A DNA stretch of 53,952 nucleotides, taken from IMG/VR virus record IMGVR_UViG_3300048997_000104, positions 1 through 53,952 of that record; one strand, given 5' to 3'. Origin of the DNA: a virus (lineage: Duplodnaviria; Caudoviricetes). Every line of letters starts with the position of its first letter. Within the stretch, counting starts at the first letter, position 1. Below the pieces are notes generated by a model. That model was given only the letters and a program-made list of their open reading frames with translations, did no database searches and had not been told where the DNA came from. Of this stretch, positions 18,685 through 27,329 are shown piece after piece. A program made the translations under genes and the position numbers.

Positions 18685-19560
18685 ATGGCCAAGACCACAA
18701 CGCCTGCGCAGGCCGAGCCGAGCACGTCAGTCGCGCTCCGCAATGAAGCGGTGCCGGACTATTTGCGCGAGTATCAGGGACCGACCGGCACCGAGAACAT
18801 CGACAGCAAAGACGTCAACATCCCGCGCCTCAAGCTCGGGCAGTCGATGAACCCTGAAGTCAAGGACAAGCTCGTGGAGGAAGGCGATTTCTTCCACAAC
18901 ATCACCAAGCAGGTTCTGATCAAGAAGGGCGCCACCGGCATCATCATACCCATTTGCTTCTCCAAGCAATATCTCCTCTGGCGTGATCGCAACGACGGCG
19001 GCGGCATCATGGCCCGCGCCAACCGCGTCATCCTGCCGGGCGGCGAGGTGCGGCACAAATGGGACAAGCCCAATTCGGAATTCACCCACAAGCTCGGCGG
19101 CAAGACCAAGGTGACGTGGAAGACAGGCACATTTGTCGAGGATGATGGCCTGAGCGAGTTCGGCTCGGAAGTGCCTGGCGACAGCGAGAGCGGCCCGGCA
19201 GCGACGGCTCACTACAACTACGTCATCATGCTGCCGGAACATGAGCACATCATGCTCGCCGTTTCGTTGTCGCGGTCGTCGGCCAAGAAGGCCAAAGACC
19301 TCAACGCCTTGCTGAAAATGGGCAACGCGCCCATGTTCGCTCGGCAGATCGCCATCGCCTCGATCCCTGACGCCAACGCGGCAGGCGACACGTTCTTCAA
19401 CTATGCCTTCCAGCCGGCTGGTTTCGTCAAGGACCGCGTTCTGTTCGAGGGCCTGGCGAAGATGCACATGGAGCTCAAAGAGAAGGGCATCAATGTGGAC
19501 TTCTCCGACGAGGAGAGCACCAAGCCTGCCGGCGACAAGGACGAGGCCGAACGCTTCTGA
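18685..19560 (+). CDS. Putative single-stranded DNA-binding protein
   Basis: 'D..IPRLKL.Q..PEV'; acidic tail ending in Phe; next to primase. Confidence 0.55.
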   Translation: MAKTTTPAQAEPSTSVALRNEAVPDYLREYQGPTGTENIDSKDVNIPRLKLGQSMNPEVKDKLVEEGDFFHNITKQVLIKKGATGIIIPICFSKQYLLWRDRNDGGGIMARANRVILPGGEVRHKWDKPNSEFTHKLGGKTKVTWKTGTFVEDDGLSEFGSEVPGDSESGPAATAHYNYVIMLPEHEHIMLAVSLSRSSAKKAKDLNALLKMGNAPMFARQIAIASIPDANAAGDTFFNYAFQPAGFVKDRVLFEGLAKMHMELKEKGINVDFSDEESTKPAGDKDEAERF

Positions 19561-21053
19561 TGCGCCAATTCGCTCAGCTATTCGCTGGGCGAACAGACTG
19601 TTACGGCACCTACGTTGTCCGAGAGAAGCGTGATGATGGTAAGCAGAAGGGTAAGGGTACCACTCACGAGAAGCCGCTCACAGAGGAAGTGTGGGCGGCT
19701 CATCTCTCGGGCAAGCGGATGCTGGGGGTTGTCCCTATCCGCACCGATGGGACCGTATGCTGGTTCGCGGGCGACATAGACGTTTACACCATAGACCTTG
19801 CTAAGCTCAACAAGGTCTGTCAAGACAAGAACATTCCGGTAGTTCTCTGCCGGTCAAAATCGGGAGGCGCGCACCTTTACTGCTTCGTGGACGGAGCGAT
19901 CCCCGCAGCAACTGGCATAAAGCTGATGCGCAAGTGGCTGGCCATGCTAGGCCATCCGCGCTGCGAAGTGTTCCCAAAGCAGGAGCATATTGCCGAGGGC
20001 GCGACAGGCAACTGGATCAACCTGCCGTATTTTGGCGGCGACCTCACCGACCGCTGGGCCTTTGGCCTCGGCGGCGAGAAGCTGAAGCTGGGTGAGTTCG
20101 AGCAACTGGCGTCAGCCCGGTCAATCCGTCCATCGGACGTTCCTGAGCTGCTTGCCGAGGAAAAGGCATCTAAGTCGCCTTATGCCGATGCGCCGCCCTG
20201 CATCGAGAAGATGAGCGCCGAGGGCGTCCATGAGGGTGGACGTAACCGGGCGGCATTCCACTGGGCGGTGTACTTCTACAAGAGCGACCCTGACAATTGG
20301 CGGGACAAACTAGCCGCCGCCAACTACCAGATATTTGACCCGCCGCTCACCCATGAAGAAATCACGCAGGTGATGAAGAACGTGGGCGGCGGCAAGTACC
20401 AGTACTTGTGCAAAGAGGAGCCGATGTGCTCTATTTGCGACAAGGATGCCTGCCTGACGCGCAAATGGGGCGTGGGGCCGCAGCAAGGGATTAGCTACGC
20501 TGAGGTGGTGATTGATCGACTGATCAAGATCGCCTCTGATCCGCCGATCTTCTACCTTGTCTGCAACGGCAAGAGCGTCAAGATGGCAACCGAGCAGTTG
20601 CTCAGCAACGAGAAATGTCGGCGGCGCATCTATGAGATGATTGGGATGCTGATGCCCAAGCTGCCTGCGCCGAAGTGGGAGGAATTCATCCAGAAGCTGC
20701 CGGTGGACGTGCAGGAAGCGCCGGATGAGGTTAGCCTTGATGGACAGGTTCTTGAATCGTTCCGCGAGTGGGCGTTCAACATGTGCCCCAAGACCAAGGA
20801 CGTTGACGACGTTGCGCGCGGCTTCCCATTCTACAACCCGGAGACGCAGCGCATTATCTTCCGGGGCACGGACTTTATCTCAATGTTCAAGCGCACGCGG
20901 CGCAAAGAGGCATCCGACCGCGACATCTGGGCGGCACTCAACGATATTGGCTGCTACCGAGACAATGTAAGGGTGAAATCCAAGCAGACCAAATGCTGGC
21001 TGTTCCCTGTGGACGAACCGTGGTTTGACATTCCTGGATCGGAGAAATTCTGA
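19560..21053 (+). CDS. Primase (AEP/prim-pol type with PriCT-like domain)
   Basis: 'DID', 'RSKSGGAHLY', 'GNWINLPY', 'EGGRN'. Confidence 0.82.
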   Translation: MRQFAQLFAGRTDCYGTYVVREKRDDGKQKGKGTTHEKPLTEEVWAAHLSGKRMLGVVPIRTDGTVCWFAGDIDVYTIDLAKLNKVCQDKNIPVVLCRSKSGGAHLYCFVDGAIPAATGIKLMRKWLAMLGHPRCEVFPKQEHIAEGATGNWINLPYFGGDLTDRWAFGLGGEKLKLGEFEQLASARSIRPSDVPELLAEEKASKSPYADAPPCIEKMSAEGVHEGGRNRAAFHWAVYFYKSDPDNWRDKLAAANYQIFDPPLTHEEITQVMKNVGGGKYQYLCKEEPMCSICDKDACLTRKWGVGPQQGISYAEVVIDRLIKIASDPPIFYLVCNGKSVKMATEQLLSNEKCRRRIYEMIGMLMPKLPAPKWEEFIQKLPVDVQEAPDEVSLDGQVLESFREWAFNMCPKTKDVDDVARGFPFYNPETQRIIFRGTDFISMFKRTRRKEASDRDIWAALNDIGCYRDNVRVKSKQTKCWLFPVDEPWFDIPGSEKF

Positions 21054-21238
21054 TGAGCAGGCGTAAGCCCAAGTCTACTCCATACGGGATGGATGATCGC
21101 CTCCCAATTGGCAAGTACAAAGATGAACTGGTCAGCACCGTAGTCAAGGATGATCCGCAGTATTTGTGCTGGATGTGGGGGCAAGACATCCTCGACTTTG
21201 ACGAGGAAGTGGCGCAGCTTTTGGAGATAAAACGGTGA
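21053..21238 (+). CDS. Small protein, DUF3820 / ExoX C-terminal-like
   Basis: 'P.GKYK......DPQYL.W'. Confidence 0.55.
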   Translation: MSRRKPKSTPYGMDDRLPIGKYKDELVSTVVKDDPQYLCWMWGQDILDFDEEVAQLLEIKR

Positions 21239-21465
21239 CGCAAACCGACTTGTTCCCGGCGACCTTGAAGCGCCGCCGCAAAGAGCCTTGCCCATACACC
21301 ATCGAGCGCGTTGGCCGATGGTGCGCTCGCCGCAAGGTGACGCTGTACTATCGCGTCAGGCTGGGCAAGACTGTGGTCAACAACTTCCTGACCAAGAAGG
21401 CTGCCAAGTCTTGGATACACCGGCAGCTCCATCCGCGCGGCATCCACCCTAGCTGGCTCCCTTGA
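21235..21465 (+). CDS. Hypothetical basic protein
   Basis: Overlapping start/stop with both neighbours. Confidence 0.5.
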   Translation: MTQTDLFPATLKRRRKEPCPYTIERVGRWCARRKVTLYYRVRLGKTVVNNFLTKKAAKSWIHRQLHPRGIHPSWLP

Positions 21466-23003
21466 GAACAACCAAAATCTTCGGCGCTCCAGGCTGCGGC
21501 AAGACGACCGACATGTTGGCGCGCCTGGAGGCAGAGATCAAGGCCGGGACCAGGCTCGACCGCATTTGCTTCGTTACGGCAACTGTGGCCGCGCGTGATG
21601 AGGCGAGGAAACGGGCGCAGCGGCTCCTGCCGTCTGCGACTGATCGAGACTTCAGATATTTCAGAACGATACACGGCATCTGCTTCGGTGAGCTGCATCT
21701 CGGCAGAGATAATGTGATGCAGACCGATGATTACCTCGACTTCGGGCGAAAAGCCTGTATCCTATTCTCGGAAGCATTTACTGAAGAGTTGGATGACGAT
21801 GGCCTACCTCAAGGGTTCGCTCACAGCGCAGGAAATGAAATACTTGCTGTGCGCCAGTTTGCAGCCGCCTGCCTGGCAGATATCAATTCTCCAGACGTTA
21901 TTCGACGCTGCCCGCCGGACATCCCCGTCAGCGAGTTCCGAGCGGTTATTCAAAAATTTGAAGAATACAAACGCAAGCACACCAAATTCGATTTCGTGGA
22001 CATGCTCCTCCTCTATCTTGGAAGTGAGTTTAGACCACTTGACATTGACACAATATTCATTGACGAGGCCCAAGACCTGTCCAAGCTTCAATGGCGCGTC
22101 GTTGACAAATTTGCTGCAGAGGCATTACGACGATATGTTGCGGGCGATGATGACCAGAGCATATACGGGTTTATCGGTGCAGACCCTCTTGGCTTCTATT
22201 CGCTCCCAGCCGAAGAAACCGTCATCCTCCCAAGGACGTACCGGCTCAAGAGGAACATCTGGGATTTTGCAAGACGAATCATAGAGGAGGTGCGTGACCG
22301 GGTTCCCAAGCAGATCGAGGTGGTTGGCGAGGGCGGGACTGTCGGCTACTGGAACCTTGACCCGGAGTATCTGGACTATGACGGCGAGCAGGTCATGCTC
22401 ATCGCTCGACATCATTCGCAGCTGGCATCTATCGCCAGGAGCCTGGAGAAGCGCGGCACGCCTTTCCTTCACCGCGGATACAGCCTGACAGGAACCGAGA
22501 GGTCCAAAGCCGTCTTTTGGTTCCTGGAACTGAAATCTGGACAGAAAGTGAGGGTCAAGGATGCAGCCCGTATCGTCAAGCTCGCAGCCCGAAACCATTA
22601 CAAGAACTTTGCTGAGGTGGCACGAACAAGGCCTGATGAGCTTATCGGAAGCGACGGACTGGCTCAATACGGCGTGGATTTACAAAAACCATGGCAAGCT
22701 CAGTTCGGGACCGCAAGACGAGATCACAACCAAAATGAGGGCATCGCTTCCATCCTGCGCGAAAATCACCGAACGGCTCTCATTAACGCTCCCAGGGTGG
22801 AGCTTACCACCTATCACGCATCCAAAGGCCGCGAGGCAAAGCGGGTTGTCCTCTTCACGAACTGCTACCAAGCAGCCTGGGACAATGCCCAACTTTACCC
22901 CGATCAAGAACGTAGACTTGCGTACGTCGGCGCTACACGCGCCATGGATGACCTCACCATCGTCGCCCCCACCAGTGGACTGTACATGAGGAGTTTGATT
23001 TGA
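21462..23003 (+). CDS. UvrD/Rep-family (SF1) helicase
   Basis: 'GAPGCGKT', 'DEAQD', 'GDDDQSIY', 'YVGATRA'. Confidence 0.92.
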   Translation: MRTTKIFGAPGCGKTTDMLARLEAEIKAGTRLDRICFVTATVAARDEARKRAQRLLPSATDRDFRYFRTIHGICFGELHLGRDNVMQTDDYLDFGRKACILFSEAFTEELDDDGLPQGFAHSAGNEILAVRQFAAACLADINSPDVIRRCPPDIPVSEFRAVIQKFEEYKRKHTKFDFVDMLLLYLGSEFRPLDIDTIFIDEAQDLSKLQWRVVDKFAAEALRRYVAGDDDQSIYGFIGADPLGFYSLPAEETVILPRTYRLKRNIWDFARRIIEEVRDRVPKQIEVVGEGGTVGYWNLDPEYLDYDGEQVMLIARHHSQLASIARSLEKRGTPFLHRGYSLTGTERSKAVFWFLELKSGQKVRVKDAARIVKLAARNHYKNFAEVARTRPDELIGSDGLAQYGVDLQKPWQAQFGTARRDHNQNEGIASILRENHRTALINAPRVELTTYHASKGREAKRVVLFTNCYQAAWDNAQLYPDQERRLAYVGATRAMDDLTIVAPTSGLYMRSLI

Positions 23004-23168
23004 AGTGGAGGGGCACAGAGATAGCAGACCTACCAGACAAGGAGTTGAATGAGGCTTTCGACGCCACTTGCAGGATCAGCTCCCAAATACGTGACGAGCT
23101 GCAACGGCGCGGACAGTTTAGCGATTCATTAAGGCAATCACAGTACTCTCAGGAAAAGGGGCAAGCAC

Positions 23169-24107
23169 ATGATAATCGTCGGCGCAGGGATGGCAGGTCT
23201 ACTGGCAGGGCACGCCTTCCGCGCATCTAAGCCAACCATCTGCGAGATGCAGGACCGGCTGCCGAACAACCACGACGCGCTGCTGCGATTTCGGACTGAC
23301 AAGGTAGCCAGAGCCACCGGGATCGAGTTCAAGAAGGTTCTGGTTCGCAAGGCTGTCGTCGCAGATGGCACATTCGTGGACCGTCCCAACCCGTTTGTCT
23401 GCAATAACTACAGCCTCAAGGTGACGGGCGAGGTGCTGGACCGCAGCATCTGGAACTTCGGCGACGCAGAGCGGTACATCGCGCCGCGCAACTTCATCGC
23501 CCAGTTGGCCCGGCCATTCACCATTTCCTACAGCGTGCCGTTCGATGCTGGCGACCTGCGGGGCACCCCGGCAATCAGCACCATTCCGATGCCGACGCTT
23601 ATGGATCAAGTCGCTTGGCGCCATAAGCCGACGTTCAAGTGGATGCCGGTCTGGGCCATCACGACTGACCTGACCATCCCGACCGTTGATGTGTATCAGA
23701 CTATCCACTTCGCGGACCTGAGCGACCCTGTTTACCGGGCGAGCCTCACCGGCGGCCATCTCACCATCGAGCTGGTTGCAGACCCAGGCTCCAAAACCAA
23801 TCAGGGCCGCATTCTGGAACAAGTGCTGGCGTTCTTCGGCTTGCTGGGCGTGAAACACACAGAGCCAGACTGCAAGCGCCAGGAATTTGGGAAGATCAAT
23901 CCCATCCCTGAAGAAATCCGGCAGGACTTCATCTACACGATGACGCGCAAGTACAGCATCTACAGCCTCGGGCGGTTCGCCACTTGGCGCCAAATCCTGC
24001 TGGATGACGTTGTCAACGACTGCGAGGTCATCCGCAGCCTGATCAACGCCGAGGGCAAGCTGAATAACTACCGGCAAGCACTATCGAGCCACGGCCCGCG
24101 ACCCTAG
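23169..24107 (+). CDS. FAD/NAD-binding oxidoreductase or mutase-like protein
   Basis: Rossmann 'IIVGAGMAGL'; C-terminal 'LGRFATW'. Confidence 0.75.
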   Translation: MIIVGAGMAGLLAGHAFRASKPTICEMQDRLPNNHDALLRFRTDKVARATGIEFKKVLVRKAVVADGTFVDRPNPFVCNNYSLKVTGEVLDRSIWNFGDAERYIAPRNFIAQLARPFTISYSVPFDAGDLRGTPAISTIPMPTLMDQVAWRHKPTFKWMPVWAITTDLTIPTVDVYQTIHFADLSDPVYRASLTGGHLTIELVADPGSKTNQGRILEQVLAFFGLLGVKHTEPDCKRQEFGKINPIPEEIRQDFIYTMTRKYSIYSLGRFATWRQILLDDVVNDCEVIRSLINAEGKLNNYRQALSSHGPRP

Positions 24108-24167
24108 CGGAGTACAGCCCCCGCTAACGAACACCATGGTACGCCCAGTTTTGAACAGGAGAAAACG

Positions 24168-25007
24168 ATGAAAGTGAGCCTTCTCAGCTATACGCCGGAT
24201 GCCCTTGAGCTTCTGCTGTTTACGAAGCAGACCCGGCTCAAGATGAGCCCTGGCGGCCTCGACGCGATCAAGGCTTGGCCAGTCGCGGAGAAAATCAAGC
24301 AGCTCGAATACATGCGCAACACGATCCAGTCCAGCTGGGAGTTTGTCGATTACGTCTTCATTGTCGAAGATGTGACGCGAGCTTTCACACACCAGATCGT
24401 GCGTCATAGGCACAACAGCTATGCCCAGCAGGCGCAGCGCGCCGTGGACATGTCTGGCTTCGAGTTCGTGACGCCGCAGTCGGTGCGCGATTTCGATGAC
24501 AAGTTTGGCGGCAGCAATGCCCAGATCGTCTGGGACGATGCTATGGCAGCAATCGACTACGCATACACCAAGCTGGTCGATGTCGGCATTCCGGCGCAGG
24601 ATGCGCGCGGCGTCTTGCCCACCAACATCTGCACCAACATCGTCATCAAGGCCAATCTCCGGTCCATGCATGATATGGCCCTCAAGCGGCTCTGCGTTAA
24701 GGCGCAGGGCGAGGCGCAGGACGTGTTCCGGGCCATGCGTGATGCTGTGATCGAGGTACACCCCTGGGCCGATCCCTTCATCCGCGTCCACTGCGCTACG
24801 TATGGGACGTGCATGTTCCCGACCTACCCGGTGGACAAGTGCCCGGCGAAGCCGCACGTATATGATCCAAACACCGGCAACGCATATGGCGGCGGTCGCC
24901 CTGCGAGCCTTGCCGGCATCCATAAGGTCTGGGCCAACAACCGCGCCGAGGCCCAGCCTGACCTGCCGCTCGATCTCAAAGTCACCCATCCAGGTGAGGT
25001 GCTCTGA
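24168..25007 (+). CDS. thyX: ThyX-like flavin-dependent thymidylate synthase (variant active site)
   Basis: 'TRAFTHQIVRHRHNSYAQQAQR', 'QDARGVLP', 'RLC..AQ.E'. Confidence 0.8.
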   Translation: MKVSLLSYTPDALELLLFTKQTRLKMSPGGLDAIKAWPVAEKIKQLEYMRNTIQSSWEFVDYVFIVEDVTRAFTHQIVRHRHNSYAQQAQRAVDMSGFEFVTPQSVRDFDDKFGGSNAQIVWDDAMAAIDYAYTKLVDVGIPAQDARGVLPTNICTNIVIKANLRSMHDMALKRLCVKAQGEAQDVFRAMRDAVIEVHPWADPFIRVHCATYGTCMFPTYPVDKCPAKPHVYDPNTGNAYGGGRPASLAGIHKVWANNRAEAQPDLPLDLKVTHPGEVL

Positions 25008-25438
25008 TGGACGAGGACAAGCGCAAAGAGGCAATACGCCACTACGCCGAGCTGATCAAGGGCGATAATGCCTGGAGATACATGGACCTACAAGATGTCA
25101 TCCAGGCATACCAGGCATTTCACTCCCTGGTCGAGAACACCCCCAGATACAGGCTGGAGATGGAGACAGGCCAGCCGTGTCTGCCGCCCAAGCACAATCG
25201 CTCATTCTGGCGCCAACTGCACGGCGCCATGGGGCTGGCGGGCGAGGGCGCTGAGGTGCTCGAACTCTACAAGAAACGTCTGTTTGGTAAAGAACAGGCG
25301 CTCGACCGTGATAAAGTTAAGAAAGAGTTAGGTGACATTTTGTTCTACCTGTTTCTTTCTTTGGACGCCAACGATTTTTCGCTCCGTGAGGTCTTGGAAG
25401 CGAATATACTCAAGCTGGCTGAGAGGTATGGAACTTGA
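25007..25438 (+). CDS. MazG-like nucleotide pyrophosphohydrolase
   Basis: 'GLAGEGAEV...KK', 'ELGDILFY', 'NI.KL..RY'. Confidence 0.85.
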   Translation: MDEDKRKEAIRHYAELIKGDNAWRYMDLQDVIQAYQAFHSLVENTPRYRLEMETGQPCLPPKHNRSFWRQLHGAMGLAGEGAEVLELYKKRLFGKEQALDRDKVKKELGDILFYLFLSLDANDFSLREVLEANILKLAERYGT

Positions 25439-25845
25439 CCAAGACGCTCACCACCCGCGAACTTCTCCTCAAGCGCGCTGGCCTGACGCCCGCAATGGTA
25501 CAGCGCGGCAAGACCGACGAATTTTTCACAGTTGTCATGGATGCTTTGAGCGACATCTACAAGGGCAAGCAAGTGCTCTATGGCAACTACCTTGAGACGC
25601 ACGGCGGCGACCCAACGCAGTTCGCGCTCATGGAGCACTTCTCAGACATCAAGCGCAAATATGTGCGCGCGCAGGCGTTTATGAAAGAATACTTCAACGG
25701 CAGCCACGATATGCCGCTTGATGAGCTACTGGACACCTACTCCGACCTGGCAGTGTACGGAGCGATAGGTGTCCAGCTCGTGCTACACCTTATTGCGAGG
25801 GAACAACGTGGAACATCTGGATCAATCGGCGGTGGTGCTGGCTGA
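25435..25845 (+). CDS. DUF1599 / nucleotide-modification-associated domain 1-like protein
   Basis: 'K...YG' .. 'K..R' .. 'DTYSDLAVYG'. Confidence 0.6.
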   Translation: MTKTLTTRELLLKRAGLTPAMVQRGKTDEFFTVVMDALSDIYKGKQVLYGNYLETHGGDPTQFALMEHFSDIKRKYVRAQAFMKEYFNGSHDMPLDELLDTYSDLAVYGAIGVQLVLHLIAREQRGTSGSIGGGAG

Positions 25846-26080
25846 CGCTTGCGAGGGCAATGCTGTCAGTGCGATGATCGTGCACGGCGACGGCCTGCCA
25901 AGCGTCTTTGCGCGGGGCGACGTCAGCGGCATGCTGGCGATGGCCCTCGACAGCCACCCGGAATTGATCCAGTCATTCATCAACGCGCTGACGGTGGTAC
26001 GGCTCTGGGGTGAGAACCGCGATCACCCAGCCTTCGCCGCCGTCATCTTCGCCAAGGAAAGAGAGAAGCACAGTTCATGA
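25808..26080 (+). CDS. Hypothetical protein
   Basis: GTG after GAGG; stop overlaps next ATG. Confidence 0.5.
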   Translation: MEHLDQSAVVLADACEGNAVSAMIVHGDGLPSVFARGDVSGMLAMALDSHPELIQSFINALTVVRLWGENRDHPAFAAVIFAKEREKHSS

Positions 26081-26631
26081 TAGCCATCGACTTTGAAACC
26101 ACCGGGTTGCTCAAGGGCGACACGGACGATCCCAAGCGCCAGCCCGGTATTTGCCAGATCGGCCTCGTGATCCTCAACTCCGATTGGACCGTCGTTGGCG
26201 AGTATGAGACGCTCGTCAATCCCGAGATGGCCATCGAACCGGGCGCAGCCGCAGCCCATGGGATCACCGACGCGATGCTCCGTGGAGCGCCAACGTTTGC
26301 CGAGGCGTTCTGGGACCTGATCGGATTTGCGCGGTCGCGGCGCTACTGGGTGGGTTACAACAACGAGTTTGACCGCAAGGTTCTGTACCACCAACTGCGG
26401 CGCTATGGCCTGGAGATGAAGTATCCCTGGCCTTGCAGCGACATCGACGTCATGAAGGTCGGTGGCGACTTGATGCAAATGCAGGGGAAGCGCGGCGCCA
26501 AGTTCCCCAAGCTCATCGAGCTGCATCAGGCGCTCTTTGGCGAGGCATTCGGCGGCGCGCACAACGCTTTGAAAGATATCAAGGCGACGGTGCGTTGTGG
26601 CCGGGAGCTGAAGGAAAGGGGCCTGCTCTGA
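26077..26631 (+). CDS. DEDDh 3'-5' exonuclease (DNA Pol III epsilon-like)
   Basis: 'DFETTG', 'HGIT', 'N..FD', 'AHNAL.D'. Confidence 0.9.
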   Translation: MIAIDFETTGLLKGDTDDPKRQPGICQIGLVILNSDWTVVGEYETLVNPEMAIEPGAAAAHGITDAMLRGAPTFAEAFWDLIGFARSRRYWVGYNNEFDRKVLYHQLRRYGLEMKYPWPCSDIDVMKVGGDLMQMQGKRGAKFPKLIELHQALFGEAFGGAHNALKDIKATVRCGRELKERGLL

Positions 26632-27329
26632 TGTTTCCTCTCAGGACCATCCACCAGATCGAGATCACCAGCCGCTGCAACCTGCGGTGCCGCTACTGCC
26701 CGTCGCCAAATCTCCAGCGGCCCAAGATCGACATGAATTTCTTCACATTCGAGCGGGCGATGTGGATGGTCCGCAAGCTGATGGCGCAAGGGACCCAGCA
26801 GCCAGACCTCAATCTTGCCGGGATCGGCGAGAGCACCATCCACCCACAGTTCTTGGAGTTCGTCACTCACGCCCGCGTCTTTCTGGGCAAGAACATCAAG
26901 CTGGTTCTAGCCACCAACGGCTTGACGATGAACGAGCAAATCGCGGAGCGGCTCAAATGGGCCAAGGTCGATGTCTACGTGTCGATGCATCGGCCCGAGA
27001 AGGCAGGGCCAGCCATCGAGCTATGCCGCAAGATGGGCATCCTCAAGGGCGCGTCGGCAGACCCTAGCCTCGCCGCCATCAATTGGGCGGGGCAGGTAGA
27101 GTGGCACAACTCTGCGCCGCCGATGGATTGCGCCTGGGTCAAGAATGGCTGGGCCATGGTGATGTCGGACGGTCGCCTGACATCCTGCTCGATGGACGCT
27201 TCAGGCATCGGCGTCTTTGGCACGGTCGATGACCGGATCGCAGACCTATTCACCAAGCCGTATGGCCTGTGCAAGACCTGCCACCAGGAACTGAAGATAC
27301 CCGGCTATGACCAGAGGAACCCAAAGTGA
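26631..27329 (+). CDS. Radical SAM protein with C-terminal SPASM/Twitch-like Cys cluster
   Basis: CNLRCRYC, 'GES..HP', 'ATNG', C..DG...C..D..CxxC; ATG overlaps exonuclease stop. Confidence 0.85.
   Translation: MFPLRTIHQIEITSRCNLRCRYCPSPNLQRPKIDMNFFTFERAMWMVRKLMAQGTQQPDLNLAGIGESTIHPQFLEFVTHARVFLGKNIKLVLATNGLTMNEQIAERLKWAKVDVYVSMHRPEKAGPAIELCRKMGILKGASADPSLAAINWAGQVEWHNSAPPMDCAWVKNGWAMVMSDGRLTSCSMDASGIGVFGTVDDRIADLFTKPYGLCKTCHQELKIPGYDQRNPK

Noticed and set aside
26433-26630. Upstream extensions in the ORF track (also 2781, 7148, 45086 and 43628 starts)
   Set aside because: Better starts overlap previous stops or follow RBS motifs
26631-27329. 7-deazaguanine (Que/Dpd) pathway
   Set aside because: No FolE, QueC, QueD or DpdA motifs; radical SAM lacks QueE context
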